The position numbers and the translations under genes were made by a program. The notes below the pieces were generated by a model, which was not told the DNA's origin, ran no database searches, and worked only from the letters and a program-made list of their open reading frames with translations. This document shows positions 1 to 11,527 of a DNA stretch of 64,000 nucleotides, piece after piece. Source of the stretch: Cyanobacteria bacterium P01_A01_bin.123 (GTDB taxonomy: Bacteria; Cyanobacteriota; Cyanobacteriia; Phormidesmidales; Phormidesmidaceae); NCBI GenBank assembly GCA_039815185.1, contig JBCBZT010000031.1, positions 1 through 64,000 of the forward strand, in the 5' to 3' direction. The first letter of the stretch is position 1. Every line of letters begins with the position of its first letter.

Positions 1-690
1 ATCGCGCCCTGGTAATTTTCTAATGCACCCTTGGCAACTCCCCGGTTGTTGTAGGCAACAGCATAGTTCGGGTCGAGTTCGATGGCTTTGGTGTAATCGT
101 CGATCGCGCCCGGGTTATCGCCTAATGCACGCTTGGCAATTCCCCGGTTGTAGTAGGCCTCAGCATAGTCCGGGTTGAGTTCGATGGCTTTGGTGTAATC
201 GTCGATCGCGCCCGGATTATCGCCTGAGTCCTCCTTTGCATTTCCCCGGTTGTTGTAGGCAACATATAGCCCAATATTGCCCCAATTTTGGTCTATTTGA
301 ATTGCTTCATTGTAATCGTCGATCGCGCCCTGGTTATCGCCTAATGCACGCTTGGCAATTCCCCGGTTGTTGTAGGCTAAAGCATAGTCCGAGTTGAGTT
401 CGATGGCTTTGGTATGATCAGCGATCGCGCCCTGATACTCTTCTAATGCACCCTTGGCATTTCCCCGGTTGGTGTAGGCATCAGCATAGTTCGGGTTGAG
501 TTCGATGGCTTTGGTGTAATCGTCGATCGCGTCCTGGTTATCACCTAATGCACGCTTGGCAATTCCCCGGTTATTGTAGGCATCAGCATAGTCTGGGTTG
601 AGTTCGATGGCTTTGGTGTAATCGTCGATCGCGCCCTGGTAATTTTCTGAGTCCCTCTTAGCATTACCGTCTTCGTAATACTCTTGGGCT
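1..690 (-). repeat. About 102-bp tandem repeats encoding 34-aa TPR units
   Basis: gttcgatggctttggtgtaatcgtcgatcgcg recurs at about 78, 180, 499 and 601, with variant units in between. Confidence 0.9.
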
Positions 691-2084
691 GTTTTTTCAT
701 CTGAGGTAGCGGTTGCTGATGGGGTTGCTGGGCTTGTATTTGTACTTGTCGTAGGTTCATCTAAGTTTGCAACCAGTAAGCCAATCCCTAACAAAACCGA
801 AGCTCCACAGCCCAGAAAAATAGGTATTTTGAGGTTTCGTGTTGGCGTTGAATCTTCGGTTTGATTTGACTGAGTTAGATTAGATGATTTTTGACCAGGA
901 TTAACTATGTTTGCATCAGACGAAGCTGGGCTTTGGGCTGTGTCAGGGTTTGGGTTGATCATCTGACGTACTTTTTGAGGCACAGAAATCAGTGGAGATT
1001 TCTGTGCCTGTCCCTGAATCGGTTCCCTCACAATTTGGGATTGAATCGGCACTACATCCTGATCGCGCAATCCCAAAGTCTGCTGAAAATAGGCCAAGTC
1101 TGCTCGGGCGTCTTCACTTAGGGAGGCTTCGCCCTGGCATGCTTCCACCAATGCTTCTTTATACTGGCGTAATTTATCAGCCCTCTCCCGATAAGGCTTT
1201 AGCACCTCATCCTGAATGGCATGGGCGTCATCGGCAGACAGCTTCAACACCTTTCGTCTGGCATCCAATCCCCGTTGCACAATAGAAGAAAGCTCACCAT
1301 TCCTCGCTTTGACAAGTTTTTCAACTTCTTTGCGATACTCCAACTTCGGATCGCCCAATGGAGCCTTGCTCAAGCGAATTTTATACCCTGCTTCAGCCGC
1401 GTATACCTTAGGCTGCATCGCTGGAGCCGCTTCCTGCACCTTGTCGCGGGTAAATTCGTACAGCTCATCGACCTCAATCCAGCCATCCCCATTCTGATCC
1501 GCTGCCCCTGTTTCCAGCCCTTCCACCAAATAGCGGGTATAAACCGAAAGCTGCGATTCCTTTTGCTCAAACGAATATTCCGTCGCGCTAGAAGAGGTCA
1601 GCACTGCTCGCCCCTGGCCTCCCAACTGAGAACCCAAATTGACGGGTTCACCCTTGGCCGTCATTTCGTTGGCAAAGGCTCCACTAAAGCAACAGTCCAA
1701 AATCACTAACTGCTGCTTCGATCGGCTATCTTCCATTAACTCCAAAATTAACCGGGCAGAGACAGCGGTTGTTTTGATGCGATCGCGTTGGGTTGCCGTA
1801 CTGGCCAGATAAAAATTGCCCCGATCATCCGTCACCCCGTGCCCCGAAAAGTAGAGCACCAGCAAATCATCTTTGCGGCGATTGGCAAATAACCCTTCCA
1901 GTTCTTCCCGCATTTTTTGCGGGCCGGGGTTAATTAGCGTTTTTACGGCATCTGCAGCAAAGCCGCCCGCCTCAGGCAGTTGCAGCACCCGCTGCACCGC
2001 CCACAAATCGTTTTCTGCCGCCGCCAACGACTCAAAATCGGCTCGATACTCCGCAACGGCAATCAGTAGTGCAGCCTTGCCCAA
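1..2084 (-). CDS. Caspase-family (peptidase C14) protein with a transmembrane helix and C-terminal TPR repeats; 3' end lies outside the window
   Basis: Missing from the ORF track; translated by hand from TTG at 2084 (GGAG just upstream): MGKAALLIAVAEY...LYFSGHG...VILDCCFSG (His/Cys dyad), hydrophobic IPIFLGCGASVLLGIGLLV, then repeats of AYNNRGIAKRALGDNQGAIDDYTKAIELNPDY. The frame stays open to position 1. Confidence 0.9.
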   Translation of the reverse strand, partial: MGKAALLIAVAEYRADFESLAAAENDLWAVQRVLQLPEAGGFAADAVKTLINPGPQKMREELEGLFANRRKDDLLVLYFSGHGVTDDRGNFYLASTATQRDRIKTTAVSARLILELMEDSRSKQQLVILDCCFSGAFANEMTAKGEPVNLGSQLGGQGRAVLTSSSATEYSFEQKESQLSVYTRYLVEGLETGAADQNGDGWIEVDELYEFTRDKVQEAAPAMQPKVYAAEAGYKIRLSKAPLGDPKLEYRKEVEKLVKARNGELSSIVQRGLDARRKVLKLSADDAHAIQDEVLKPYRERADKLRQYKEALVEACQGEASLSEDARADLAYFQQTLGLRDQDVVPIQSQIVREPIQGQAQKSPLISVPQKVRQMINPNPDTAQSPASSDANIVNPGQKSSNLTQSNQTEDSTPTRNLKIPIFLGCGASVLLGIGLLVANLDEPTTSTNTSPATPSATATSDEKTAQEYYEDGNAKRDSENYQGAIDDYTKAIELNPDYADAYNNRGIAKRALGDNQDAIDDYTKAIELNPNYADAYTNRGNAKGALEEYQGAIADHTKAIELNSDYALAYNNRGIAKRALGDNQGAIDDYNEAIQIDQNWGNIGLYVAYNNRGNAKEDSGDNPGAIDDYTKAIELNPDYAEAYYNRGIAKRALGDNPGAIDDYTKAIELDPNYAVAYNNRGVAKGALENYQGA

Positions 2085-2207
2085 TGCTCCGTTCCTCGCA
2101 GACCCTCACTATAGTTTAGCCCCACAACACAAGCATCAGTTTACGGATCAAAAAGCCCAAATGCTAGGCTAATCATCAATTGCGGTGTTGCTTTAGAACA
2201 CAGAATA

Positions 2208-2559
2208 ATGAGCGAAGCAGTAACAGCAAACGTATTGACCCTAGCTGGAGTCAAACAACAGTTTGGGTTAGAAGAGGTACATGACCCCACCTTCTTTTTT
2301 CATTAGAGGTTGAGGGCGATCGCTTCACGCTTTTACACGACAACTCCTAAGCTGGAAACAGATCCACGAAGGCGCTACTTCAGATTTGTGTCGGGCAGAA
2401 TTGAGAACGATCCATAGCAAAAATAAGGCTACAGTAAAGACCCTTGTCTTACTTGAGGGTAATCGAGTTCACGAATTTGATAGGACATTGTCGACCCCTA
2501 AAAAAGAGTGGCTATTATACGAATTAGAAGCCTTTATTCACGAGCAGTTATCGCGGTAG
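2208..2559 (+). pseudogene. Chimeric gene remnants: N-terminus of an HsdR-N-like cyanobacterial protein followed by a frameshifted C-terminal fragment of another protein
   Basis: 2208-2306 reads MSEAVTANVLTLAGVKQQFGLEEVHDPTFFFH*. Then LEVEGDRFTL / frameshift / RQLLSWKQ...LVLLEGNRVHEFDRTLSTPKKEWLLYELEAFIHEQLSR*, which resembles tails of cyanobacterial Ser/Thr kinases (from memory). Confidence 0.45.
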
Positions 2560-2653
2560 CCATAAAGCTTTGGGCGCTACCGCGAGCCAGAGTGCTTGTG
2601 GACTTAGCATCCTGGCGATACTTGATGCATTAAGCAATCTGGCCAGCGCTATA
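2549..2653 (+). mobile_element. 105-bp MITE-like dispersed repeat, copy 1
   Basis: TATCGCGGTAGCC...GCATTAAGCAATCTGGCCAGCGCTATA; aligns with four other copies in the window. Confidence 0.85.
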
Positions 2654-2708
2654 AGTTTCAACCGTTAGTCCCCCGAAAAATTGTAGACGGATCACTCAGA
2701 ATGAGATT

Positions 2709-3905
2709 ATGCAACTGCTCTCCATCGAAACCACTCCCAGTCCCAACTGCATCAAGCTCAATCTAGACGAGATTATTAGCCACAAACCGCTGACGCTACA
2801 GAAAGGCAGCGACTCGCCCGATGCCCCTGAATGGGTGCAGCAATTACTGGCGATTGAGGCCGTGCAGTCTGTCTTTGCGATCCAAGATTTTGTGACCCTC
2901 ACCCGCCGAGGAAATTCAGACTGGCAGCCGATTCTAGCCCAAGCGGCTGAACTGATTGGGGTGGCAGACAAGGCCGATTCAAAACTGCTCAACCAGGTGG
3001 CCCGATCGGCACAACCCACCTCTAATCCCCCCAGTGCCCCCCCACCTACCTCAAATCTAGGCCAGTTGGATGTGGCGGTACAGATGTTTCGGGGCATTCC
3101 CGTGCAGATACGGGCAATCGCAGCGGACGGGCAGCAGGCCCGAATTGCCCTACCCGAGCGCTTCAATCAGGCACTCCAGCGGGTCATCAGTGTGACGGGT
3201 GCTAACTATGTGGCTGAGCGACGCTGGCAACCCTATCAGGCTCCGGCCGGGGCTGCTGATCAGGTCGCCCAACTCGTGGCCGATGAAATCGATAGTTTGC
3301 TCGACCCAGAAGAACTCACCCGGATTGAAGCCGCCGCGATCGCGAATCGTTCAACCGCTGAACCCAAAGACGATGCAGCCCAACAGCAGGCACTCGTTGC
3401 TGAACTGAACCACCCCGATTGGAAACATCGACTCAAGGCGCTCCAACAGCTAGACGTCACGCCTGAAACCTTTGCTGCAGTGGTCGCCGTGCTCAACGAT
3501 GAGAAAAGTACCCTCCGACGCTGGGCCGCAGCACTGTTGGGAGCCAGTACCCTGGAGATTGCCGTTGAGCCCCTGTGCCGTCTCGTCCAGCAAGATCCCT
3601 CACCGATGGTGCGACGAACTGCCGGGGATGCCCTGAGCGACATCGGTGACCCGAGGGCGATTTCCACCATGGGCAAGGCCCTGGCCGATGGGTCAAGCTT
3701 AGTGCGCTGGCGAGCCGCTCGGTTTTTAAATGAACTCGGTGACCAGAACGCTACTGAGCTGTTGCATCAGGCAATCGAGCGGGAATCTGAGTTTGATGTC
3801 CGGGTCGAAATGATGGCAGCCCTAGAGCGAATCGAAGCCGGGGGGGACACCCAGATGCCGATGTGGATGCGGCTAACTCAGGGGGTAGACACACAATCAG
3901 TCTGA
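2709..3905 (+). CDS. CvfC/YpgR-like protein: Nfu/NifU N-terminal-like domain, 'virulence factor' domain and HEAT repeats
   Basis: N-terminal IETTPSPNCIKL, QMFRGIPVQIR...LPERF, HEAT repeats VRRTAGDALSDIGD and VRWRAARFL. Confidence 0.75.
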   Translation: MQLLSIETTPSPNCIKLNLDEIISHKPLTLQKGSDSPDAPEWVQQLLAIEAVQSVFAIQDFVTLTRRGNSDWQPILAQAAELIGVADKADSKLLNQVARSAQPTSNPPSAPPPTSNLGQLDVAVQMFRGIPVQIRAIAADGQQARIALPERFNQALQRVISVTGANYVAERRWQPYQAPAGAADQVAQLVADEIDSLLDPEELTRIEAAAIANRSTAEPKDDAAQQQALVAELNHPDWKHRLKALQQLDVTPETFAAVVAVLNDEKSTLRRWAAALLGASTLEIAVEPLCRLVQQDPSPMVRRTAGDALSDIGDPRAISTMGKALADGSSLVRWRAARFLNELGDQNATELLHQAIERESEFDVRVEMMAALERIEAGGDTQMPMWMRLTQGVDTQSV

Positions 3906-3920
3906 TGGTTACCTATGAGC

Positions 3921-3971
3921 ACCCCTCCGCCTACGCCACCTCCCCTTGTGAAGGGGAGGCCGGGTGGGGTC
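3921..3971. repeat. GC-rich REP-like palindromic short repeat
   Basis: acccctcc...CCTCCCCTT gtg AAGGGGAGG ccgggtggggt; nested inverted repeat between convergent genes. Confidence 0.6.
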
Positions 3972-4003
3972 TGAAACGTTTGAGAACCCACTTTGGGTAA
4001 AGC

Positions 4004-4040
4004 AAAAAAGAGGGGCAGCGATCGCTGCCCCTCTTTCTTT
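4004..4040. terminator. Bidirectional intrinsic terminator centred on a HIP1 site
   Basis: AAAAAAGAGGGGCA-GCGATCGC-TGCCCCTCTTTCTTT palindrome between the convergent cvfC-like gene and groEL2. Confidence 0.8.
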
Positions 4041-4081
4041 CGTCAATGGATGAATTGGGTCTACCTAAGCAGCAGACAGGC

Positions 4082-5804
<1,723 letters not shown>

Positions 5805-5811
5805 CTTAGCC

Positions 5812-5856
5812 AGCTTACCCCGTTGGCCAAGGGCGGTTAAGTCGCAATAACCGACC
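5812..5856 (-). promoter_or_regulatory. Putative groEL2 promoter with a K-box-like element
   Basis: Minus strand: GGTCGGTTATTGCGAC (imperfect match to the K-box GTTCGGNNANCCNNAC), then TTAACC-N17-TAAGCT just before CIRCE. Confidence 0.5.
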
Positions 5857-6074
5857 CTTGATTGGGGCAGTGCAGCTAATAGTCGCTTAGTGCCGCTACC
5901 ATTTAGCAATGATCGAGGCCTGAACCACTGAGACAGATAGAGTCTTGGCCAAACTTTGATGCTGAGCCAAGGCTGTGGTGATTCTCTCGACTGATTCTCT
6001 CGTCGCTTCTGGGCTATCAAATGCGATCGCCCACCGATGCATCACTGTCGCTCGAACTGCAATGCATCTCGCAA

Positions 6075-6179
6075 AATAGCTGTAGCCACAAGGCTTTGGG
6101 CGCTACGGTGAGCCAGATTGCCTGTGTGTTAAGCATCCCAGCGATACCAGGTGCATTAAGCAATCTGGCCAGCATGTAT
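6075..6179 (+). mobile_element. 105-bp MITE-like repeat, copy 2
   Basis: AATAGCTGTAGCCACAAGGCTTTGGGCGCTAC...GCATTAAGCAATCTGGCCAGCATGTAT. Confidence 0.85.
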
Positions 6180-6371
6180 GCCTATGAGTATCCCTGAGTG
6201 CATAAATCAGTGATCACCGGAAATAAAACCCAACGGCGGATGATTCTGCTAAATCGTTGGTGCTACTGGTGATTTGTCAGACAACTGCCAATGCTAAGCC
6301 AGCAGGATCTGCGCCAGCACCCAAGATTCATAGAAAAATCTGCATCCTGCGACATATTGTAGAGAGCCCTC

Positions 6372-7502
6372 ATGATGAAATTACGCGCTTGCATTCCCCT
6401 GCTGGCTGGATTGATCACGGTTAGCCTAGTGGCAGATGTGACAGCCCGAGACGCCGCAAATCCTCAATTAACGTCAGATACAACCTCAGAACACGCCCAG
6501 CAACTTGCCCAGAACACCTCACCACTCACCGTCATTCACAACCTTAATCAGGGGAGTGGTGCTAATGCTTTAGCGTTTAGTCGGGATGGCCGCTGGCTGG
6601 CGATCGCCAGTACCGATCGTAAGATTCGGGTTTGGAACGTCAACGCCTTATTGCAAGGTGATGAGCGTAATTACATCCGGGTTGTGATCGATATTCCATC
6701 AGCCGATGCCTACGCCACCTCCCTGACCTTCAGCACCGATGGGCAATGGTTAGTCACTGGCACTTACAACGGCAACTTTCGCCGATGGGATCTCAATGCT
6801 TGCGATGCCCGCCGCAACACATGCAATGCCAACCTGCTGCAAGCGAACGAGTACTTTGGCGTTGATACTAATGTCAGCTTCCATCCGAGTGAAACTCTAC
6901 TCGCCGGATCCAACTATGACGGCACCATCACACTCTGGGACTGGGCCAATCTCTCAGTGTTGACCGTTCTAGAACCGGAAACAGGTGCCCATGACGGTTC
7001 TCGACTTGAGGGTCGATTTTCATCTTTAGCCTTTAGCACTAGCGGTCGCTATCTGACTGCGGGCACTCACAATAAAAGCATCACCCTTTGGGATTTTGAA
7101 GACAACTTCAGTCGAGTACTGACGATTGAGACGGATTTTGGGGTTGAAACGGTAGACTTTAGCCCAACTGATGAGATCTTAGCCAGCGGCGGCCTACAGG
7201 GGATAGAACTACGTACCCTTAACTATCGACAACGGTACCCCCGCGTGAGTGAACCGTTTCTGTTGGAAAATCCAAGTCGAGTCACAACCCTGTTGTTTAG
7301 CCCTGACAGTCGCTACCTGGTCTCTGGTGATAGTGATGGCACGTTGGCAGTCTGGGATGTGATCGACAGACAGTTGGTGGTTCGCAGCGACGCCAATCAA
7401 AGTCATGGGCAAAGCATTATGGAAGTGACTTACGACCCGGTCAATGGTTTCTACGCGACGGCCAGCGTTGACGGCACTGTGAAACTGTGGCAGCTTCAAT
7501 AG
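6372..7502 (+). CDS. Secreted WD40-repeat beta-propeller protein
   Basis: N-terminal hydrophobic signal; repeats LAFSRDGRWLA...IRVWN, GTITLWD, GTVKLWQ. Confidence 0.9.
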   Translation: MMKLRACIPLLAGLITVSLVADVTARDAANPQLTSDTTSEHAQQLAQNTSPLTVIHNLNQGSGANALAFSRDGRWLAIASTDRKIRVWNVNALLQGDERNYIRVVIDIPSADAYATSLTFSTDGQWLVTGTYNGNFRRWDLNACDARRNTCNANLLQANEYFGVDTNVSFHPSETLLAGSNYDGTITLWDWANLSVLTVLEPETGAHDGSRLEGRFSSLAFSTSGRYLTAGTHNKSITLWDFEDNFSRVLTIETDFGVETVDFSPTDEILASGGLQGIELRTLNYRQRYPRVSEPFLLENPSRVTTLLFSPDSRYLVSGDSDGTLAVWDVIDRQLVVRSDANQSHGQSIMEVTYDPVNGFYATASVDGTVKLWQLQ

Positions 7503-7583
7503 GCCACTCCACCCATTTCTTTGTCTGGGTCATACCTGTTCCCGTTATCCTAGATAGGCTGAGATTATAGAATTCACATCGTT

Positions 7584-8984
7584 ATGGTGGGTAATACACA
7601 CCCAATTCACGTAATTGGCGGTGGACTAGCCGGTACTGAAGCCACTTGGCAAATTGCGCGGGCCGGGGTGCCTGTTGTGCTACACGAAATGCGCCCGCTG
7701 CGGCAAAGTCCAGCCCATCACAGCGAACATCTAGCCGAATTAGTGTGCAGCAATTCCTTTGGGGCACAATCGAGCGATCGCGCCTCGGGCCTACTCCATG
7801 AAGAACTGCGGCAATTGGGGGCCATCGTCATTGCCAAGGCTGACGAGCACGCGGTACCTGCGGGGGGTGCCTTAGCCGTTGATCGGGCCGTGTTTAGCCA
7901 AAATCTGACTGAAACCCTGGACAATCATCCCCTCATTGAACTCCGGCGGGGAGAAGTTCAGCATATTCCTACAGATGGAGTGGTGGTGTTGACCACGGGC
8001 CCCCTGACCAGCGACGCCCTGTCAGCAGACTTGCAGCAATTGACGGGACTGGCCTACATGAGCTTCTTTGATGCAGCTAGCCCAATCGTAGTCGGAGAAT
8101 CGATCAACCCTGAAGTGGCGTTTTTAGCTTCCCGTTACGACAAAGGAGAAGCTGCCTACCTCAACTGCCCAATGACAAAGGAGGAGTACCTAGCCTTTTG
8201 GCAAGCCCTGTGCGGTGCTGAGCAAGCCGAAGTCAAAGACTTTGAGCAGGAAAACGCCAAATTTTTTGAAGGATGTTTACCGATTGAAGAAATGGCCCGT
8301 CGCGGCGAAGATACCATGCGCTACGGCCCACTCAAACCTGTGGGTTTGTTCGACGCTCGCCTGGGCGATTTTCGCGATCCGGCCAATAAGGGCAAGCGCC
8401 CCTATGCCGTCGTGCAACTGCGCCAAGAAGACAAAGCCGGCCAACTCTGGAACATGGTCGGTTTTCAAACCAATTTGCGCTGGGGCGAGCAAAAACGAGT
8501 ATTTCGCATGATTCCAGGGTTAGACAACGCCGAGTTTGTCCGCATGGGCGTCATGCACCGCAACACGTTTATCAACGCCCCCGAGCTGCTGACCGCCGGA
8601 CTGCAATTCAAACACCGGTCCTCCCTACTTGCTGCCGGTCAGCTCATTGGCACCGAAGGCTACACTGCTGCCACAGCGGGAGGATGGCTCGCAGGCACCA
8701 ATGCAGCTCGCGTTGCCCTGGGGCGATCGCCCCTCACCCTACCCCCTACCACCATGAGCGGCGCTCTAATCGACTTCATCAGTTCAGCCTCACCCAAACA
8801 CTTTCAACCCATGCCCCCCAACTTTGGCATCTTGCCCGCCCTATCCCAGCGGATTAAGAATAAACGCGAACGATATGGCCAGTACCGCGATCGCGCCCTG
8901 GGTGACCTACAAGTTTGGGCAGAGCAGCAGGGGGTTGAATGGCGAGGACCTGTGTTGCAAGTGGCTAATGTTGCAAGTGGCTAA
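7584..8984 (+). CDS. trmFO: Folate/FAD-dependent tRNA (uracil-5-)-methyltransferase
   Basis: [47 protein letters not shown]. Confidence 0.96.
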   Translation: MVGNTHPIHVIGGGLAGTEATWQIARAGVPVVLHEMRPLRQSPAHHSEHLAELVCSNSFGAQSSDRASGLLHEELRQLGAIVIAKADEHAVPAGGALAVDRAVFSQNLTETLDNHPLIELRRGEVQHIPTDGVVVLTTGPLTSDALSADLQQLTGLAYMSFFDAASPIVVGESINPEVAFLASRYDKGEAAYLNCPMTKEEYLAFWQALCGAEQAEVKDFEQENAKFFEGCLPIEEMARRGEDTMRYGPLKPVGLFDARLGDFRDPANKGKRPYAVVQLRQEDKAGQLWNMVGFQTNLRWGEQKRVFRMIPGLDNAEFVRMGVMHRNTFINAPELLTAGLQFKHRSSLLAAGQLIGTEGYTAATAGGWLAGTNAARVALGRSPLTLPPTTMSGALIDFISSASPKHFQPMPPNFGILPALSQRIKNKRERYGQYRDRALGDLQVWAEQQGVEWRGPVLQVANVASG

Positions 8985-9103
8985 TTATGAGGGAGCCAGG
9001 GGAGCGGCAAGGATGCTACCAATTTTAGAGTGACGATTTTGAATTTTGGATTGGCCGACCCGAGCCGTTCACCCCGTTTTTCCTGCTCACCTCCACCCCT
9101 CTT

Positions 9104-10015
9104 ATGCTCCCCTCCCCTAAATTTCTATTCGTCTTCCTTGATGGCGTGGGTCTAGGCACTGCGGGTTGCCATAATCCCCTCTCGGATCCCTGCACTATGC
9201 CTACTTTAACGGAACTCGTAGGGACAACTTGGATTGTAGGAACCGACGTTCAATTACCAAAACAGCTTTTCAAGGCGATCGATGCGCAACTAGGGGTGTC
9301 GGGGTTGCCTCAGAGTGCCACGGGGCAAACGGCATTGTTTACAGGGCGGAATGCGCCTCAGTTTTTGGGGCGGCATCAAACTGGATTTGCCAATGGGTCG
9401 CTGCGCAGATTGATTGAAGAGAGTGGCTTGTTTAAACAGGTTTTAGCCCAGGACGGTACGGTGGCTCACGCGAATCTTTATTCTCCGGCTTATTTCGAAG
9501 CGATCGCCCAAAGGCGACTCCGATATTCTGTGGGTACTTTGCTGTGTCTGACGGCTGGGGTGACTTTTGCGATGCAGACAGAGTACGAAGTGGGCAAGGC
9601 GATCTTTTGGGATATTACGGGGGAATTGGCCCACAATCGAGGCATTGTTGCCCCTCCCATTTCGCCTGGTGTGGCGGGGAAGCGATTAGCCCAGATTGCC
9701 CAAAGTCACAGTGTTACTTTGTTTGAGTGTTATCTGCCTGATTTTGCAGGACATGCCCAAGATTGGTCGCAATCTTGCCGCATACTACAGCGCATTGACC
9801 GTTTCCTCAGTACTGTGGTCGAGAACTTGCCTGCTCATGTGACGCTGATTGTCAGTAGCGATCATGGCAATATCGAGGATCTAACGACCAAGCGGCATAC
9901 TGAAAATCTAGTACCATTGTGGGTTGTGGGCGAACAAGCCACAGCATTTGCGCCGATTGAAGCGATTACGGAAATTACGCCAAAGATTCTACAGTTGTTG
10001 AGCGTTAGTTGTTGA
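9104..10015 (+). CDS. Alkaline-phosphatase-superfamily metalloenzyme (mutase-like)
   Basis: FLDGVG, PQSATGQT (catalytic Ser), DFAGH, SDHGN, HT metal ligands. Confidence 0.8.
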   Translation: MLPSPKFLFVFLDGVGLGTAGCHNPLSDPCTMPTLTELVGTTWIVGTDVQLPKQLFKAIDAQLGVSGLPQSATGQTALFTGRNAPQFLGRHQTGFANGSLRRLIEESGLFKQVLAQDGTVAHANLYSPAYFEAIAQRRLRYSVGTLLCLTAGVTFAMQTEYEVGKAIFWDITGELAHNRGIVAPPISPGVAGKRLAQIAQSHSVTLFECYLPDFAGHAQDWSQSCRILQRIDRFLSTVVENLPAHVTLIVSSDHGNIEDLTTKRHTENLVPLWVVGEQATAFAPIEAITEITPKILQLLSVSC

Positions 10016-11110
10016 GCGTTGTGGCAGTTTAACCGTCACTTGAACGAATTCCCCTGGCCGACTTTGAATATCGATTGTTCCCTGCTGGAGTACAACTAAC
10101 TGCTTCACGATTGCCAGACCTATGCCCATCCCCTGTTGTTCGTAAAGTTCGCGATTAAACTGACGGTAAGCCCCCACTGCAGCAATTTCTTCTGGCGTCA
10201 TGCCTCGCCCATGGTTACTCACCTGCAGCTTGAACCCATCTGCCGGATCCACCTCAGCCTCAACCTTAACGGGAGTTCCCGGTTCTGAAAACTTAAAGCC
10301 GTTATCAATCAGTTCTTCGGCAAGCTTAGCTATCGAAAAGTAATTCCCGATAAACGTAGACTCTGGCGACACAATCAATCGGACATCGGCTCGGCGTTGA
10401 TATTGTGCTGCTTTTTGCGAAATAACATGCTTTAGCATCTGATTCAGCAAGATAGCTTCAGCCGTTTGCAAAGTGTCTAACTTAGCTGAGTCTGGCAATA
10501 GGTTTGTCAGTTGACCGTAAAGCAAAAAGTTTTCAATCAGACTCTCTAGGCGTTCTGCAGAGGTCAAAATGTAATCGGCAATCTCAACGACTTCTGCCGG
10601 ATCGGTTGCGATGGGAGCTAATTTCAAAAGCTGGGTAAACCCGATGATGCCGTGGAGTGGCGTTTTGAGTTCATGGGGCAACGACAACGTAAGCGTGTTG
10701 CGCAGATCAATTAATTTTTGGTCTGAAAAAGCTTGAGCAGAGGTCTTGCGTTCGAGTCGAACTTTGAGCACCTGAATCAACTCATCAGCCGTGAAGGGCT
10801 TCATCAGGTAGTCATCTGCCCCTAAAACCATACCCCGGCGTTGATCTTGCTGGCTGGTTCTGGCAGTTAAGAAAATAAAGGGTGTGAGCGCCAGCGCTGG
10901 GTTTTCACGAATAGCCGTGAGCACTTCATAGCCGCTTAAGCCTGGCATGGCAATATCGCACAAAATTAGATCGGGTTGACGGGCTTTGGCGATCGCGATC
11001 GCCTCTTGTCCACCCGCTGCCTGGATAACGGTAAAGCCAGAGTCTGTGAGGATATCAGCCGTCAGCTCTCGGGCTATGGGTTGATCGTCAATGATCAGAA
11101 CTTTCGCCAT
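9989..11110 (-). CDS. Hybrid response regulator / histidine kinase (REC-HisKA-HATPase)
   Basis: VLIIDD, LCDIAMP, KPF; HELKTPL; ELIDNGFKFS; GMGIGL. Start taken at ATG 11110. Confidence 0.92.
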   Translation of the reverse strand: MAKVLIIDDQPIARELTADILTDSGFTVIQAAGGQEAIAIAKARQPDLILCDIAMPGLSGYEVLTAIRENPALALTPFIFLTARTSQQDQRRGMVLGADDYLMKPFTADELIQVLKVRLERKTSAQAFSDQKLIDLRNTLTLSLPHELKTPLHGIIGFTQLLKLAPIATDPAEVVEIADYILTSAERLESLIENFLLYGQLTNLLPDSAKLDTLQTAEAILLNQMLKHVISQKAAQYQRRADVRLIVSPESTFIGNYFSIAKLAEELIDNGFKFSEPGTPVKVEAEVDPADGFKLQVSNHGRGMTPEEIAAVGAYRQFNRELYEQQGMGIGLAIVKQLVVLQQGTIDIQSRPGEFVQVTVKLPQRSTTNAQQL

Positions 11111-11245
11111 TTCAACCAATTCTATTTGGCCCCATTCTTACCCAGGTCAAAGACTTTGCCACCCGCAAAGTCAACACCTTGATTAAACATACCGTTTCAG
11201 GATATTTACGCAGCAGCGATGATCTGAGATTGCGCTCGATAACTG

Positions 11246-11350
11246 TATAGTGTCGGCCAGATTGCTTAATACAGCGGGGGTTGCTGGGATGCTCAACCCA
11301 CAAGCAATCTGGCTTGCAGTAGCGCACAAAGCTTTGTGGCTACTGCTATA
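11246..11350 (-). mobile_element. 105-bp MITE-like repeat, copy 3
   Basis: Reverse strand TATAGCAGTAGCCACAAAGCTTTGTGCGCTAC...TTAAGCAATCTGGCCGACACTATA, with TA at both ends. Confidence 0.88.
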
Positions 11351-11527
11351 TTAGTCAGGGCGTTCTCGAACCGTCATTCCTGCCTGGTTAGGAATCTGGA
11401 CAATTCGTGAAATGTCTCAATGAGAGGAGCGACTGCTATTAAGACATCCATAGACTATTACGCGGGATAAGCAGCAATCATCCCACAATAAAGTTGCCTA
11501 TGGTTAGAATCAGCAGCGCTAAGTCAA

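Noticed and set aside
1..690. Regular repeats as a CRISPR array
   Set aside because: They are 102-bp in-frame TPR-coding units without unique spacers, and there are no cas genes.
545..2172. Short ORFs listed in the track
   Set aside because: Shadows or alternate frames of the long minus-strand caspase-TPR gene.
11372..11398. REP-like GTCATTCC...GGAATC hairpin
   Set aside because: Single degenerate copy; not enough support.
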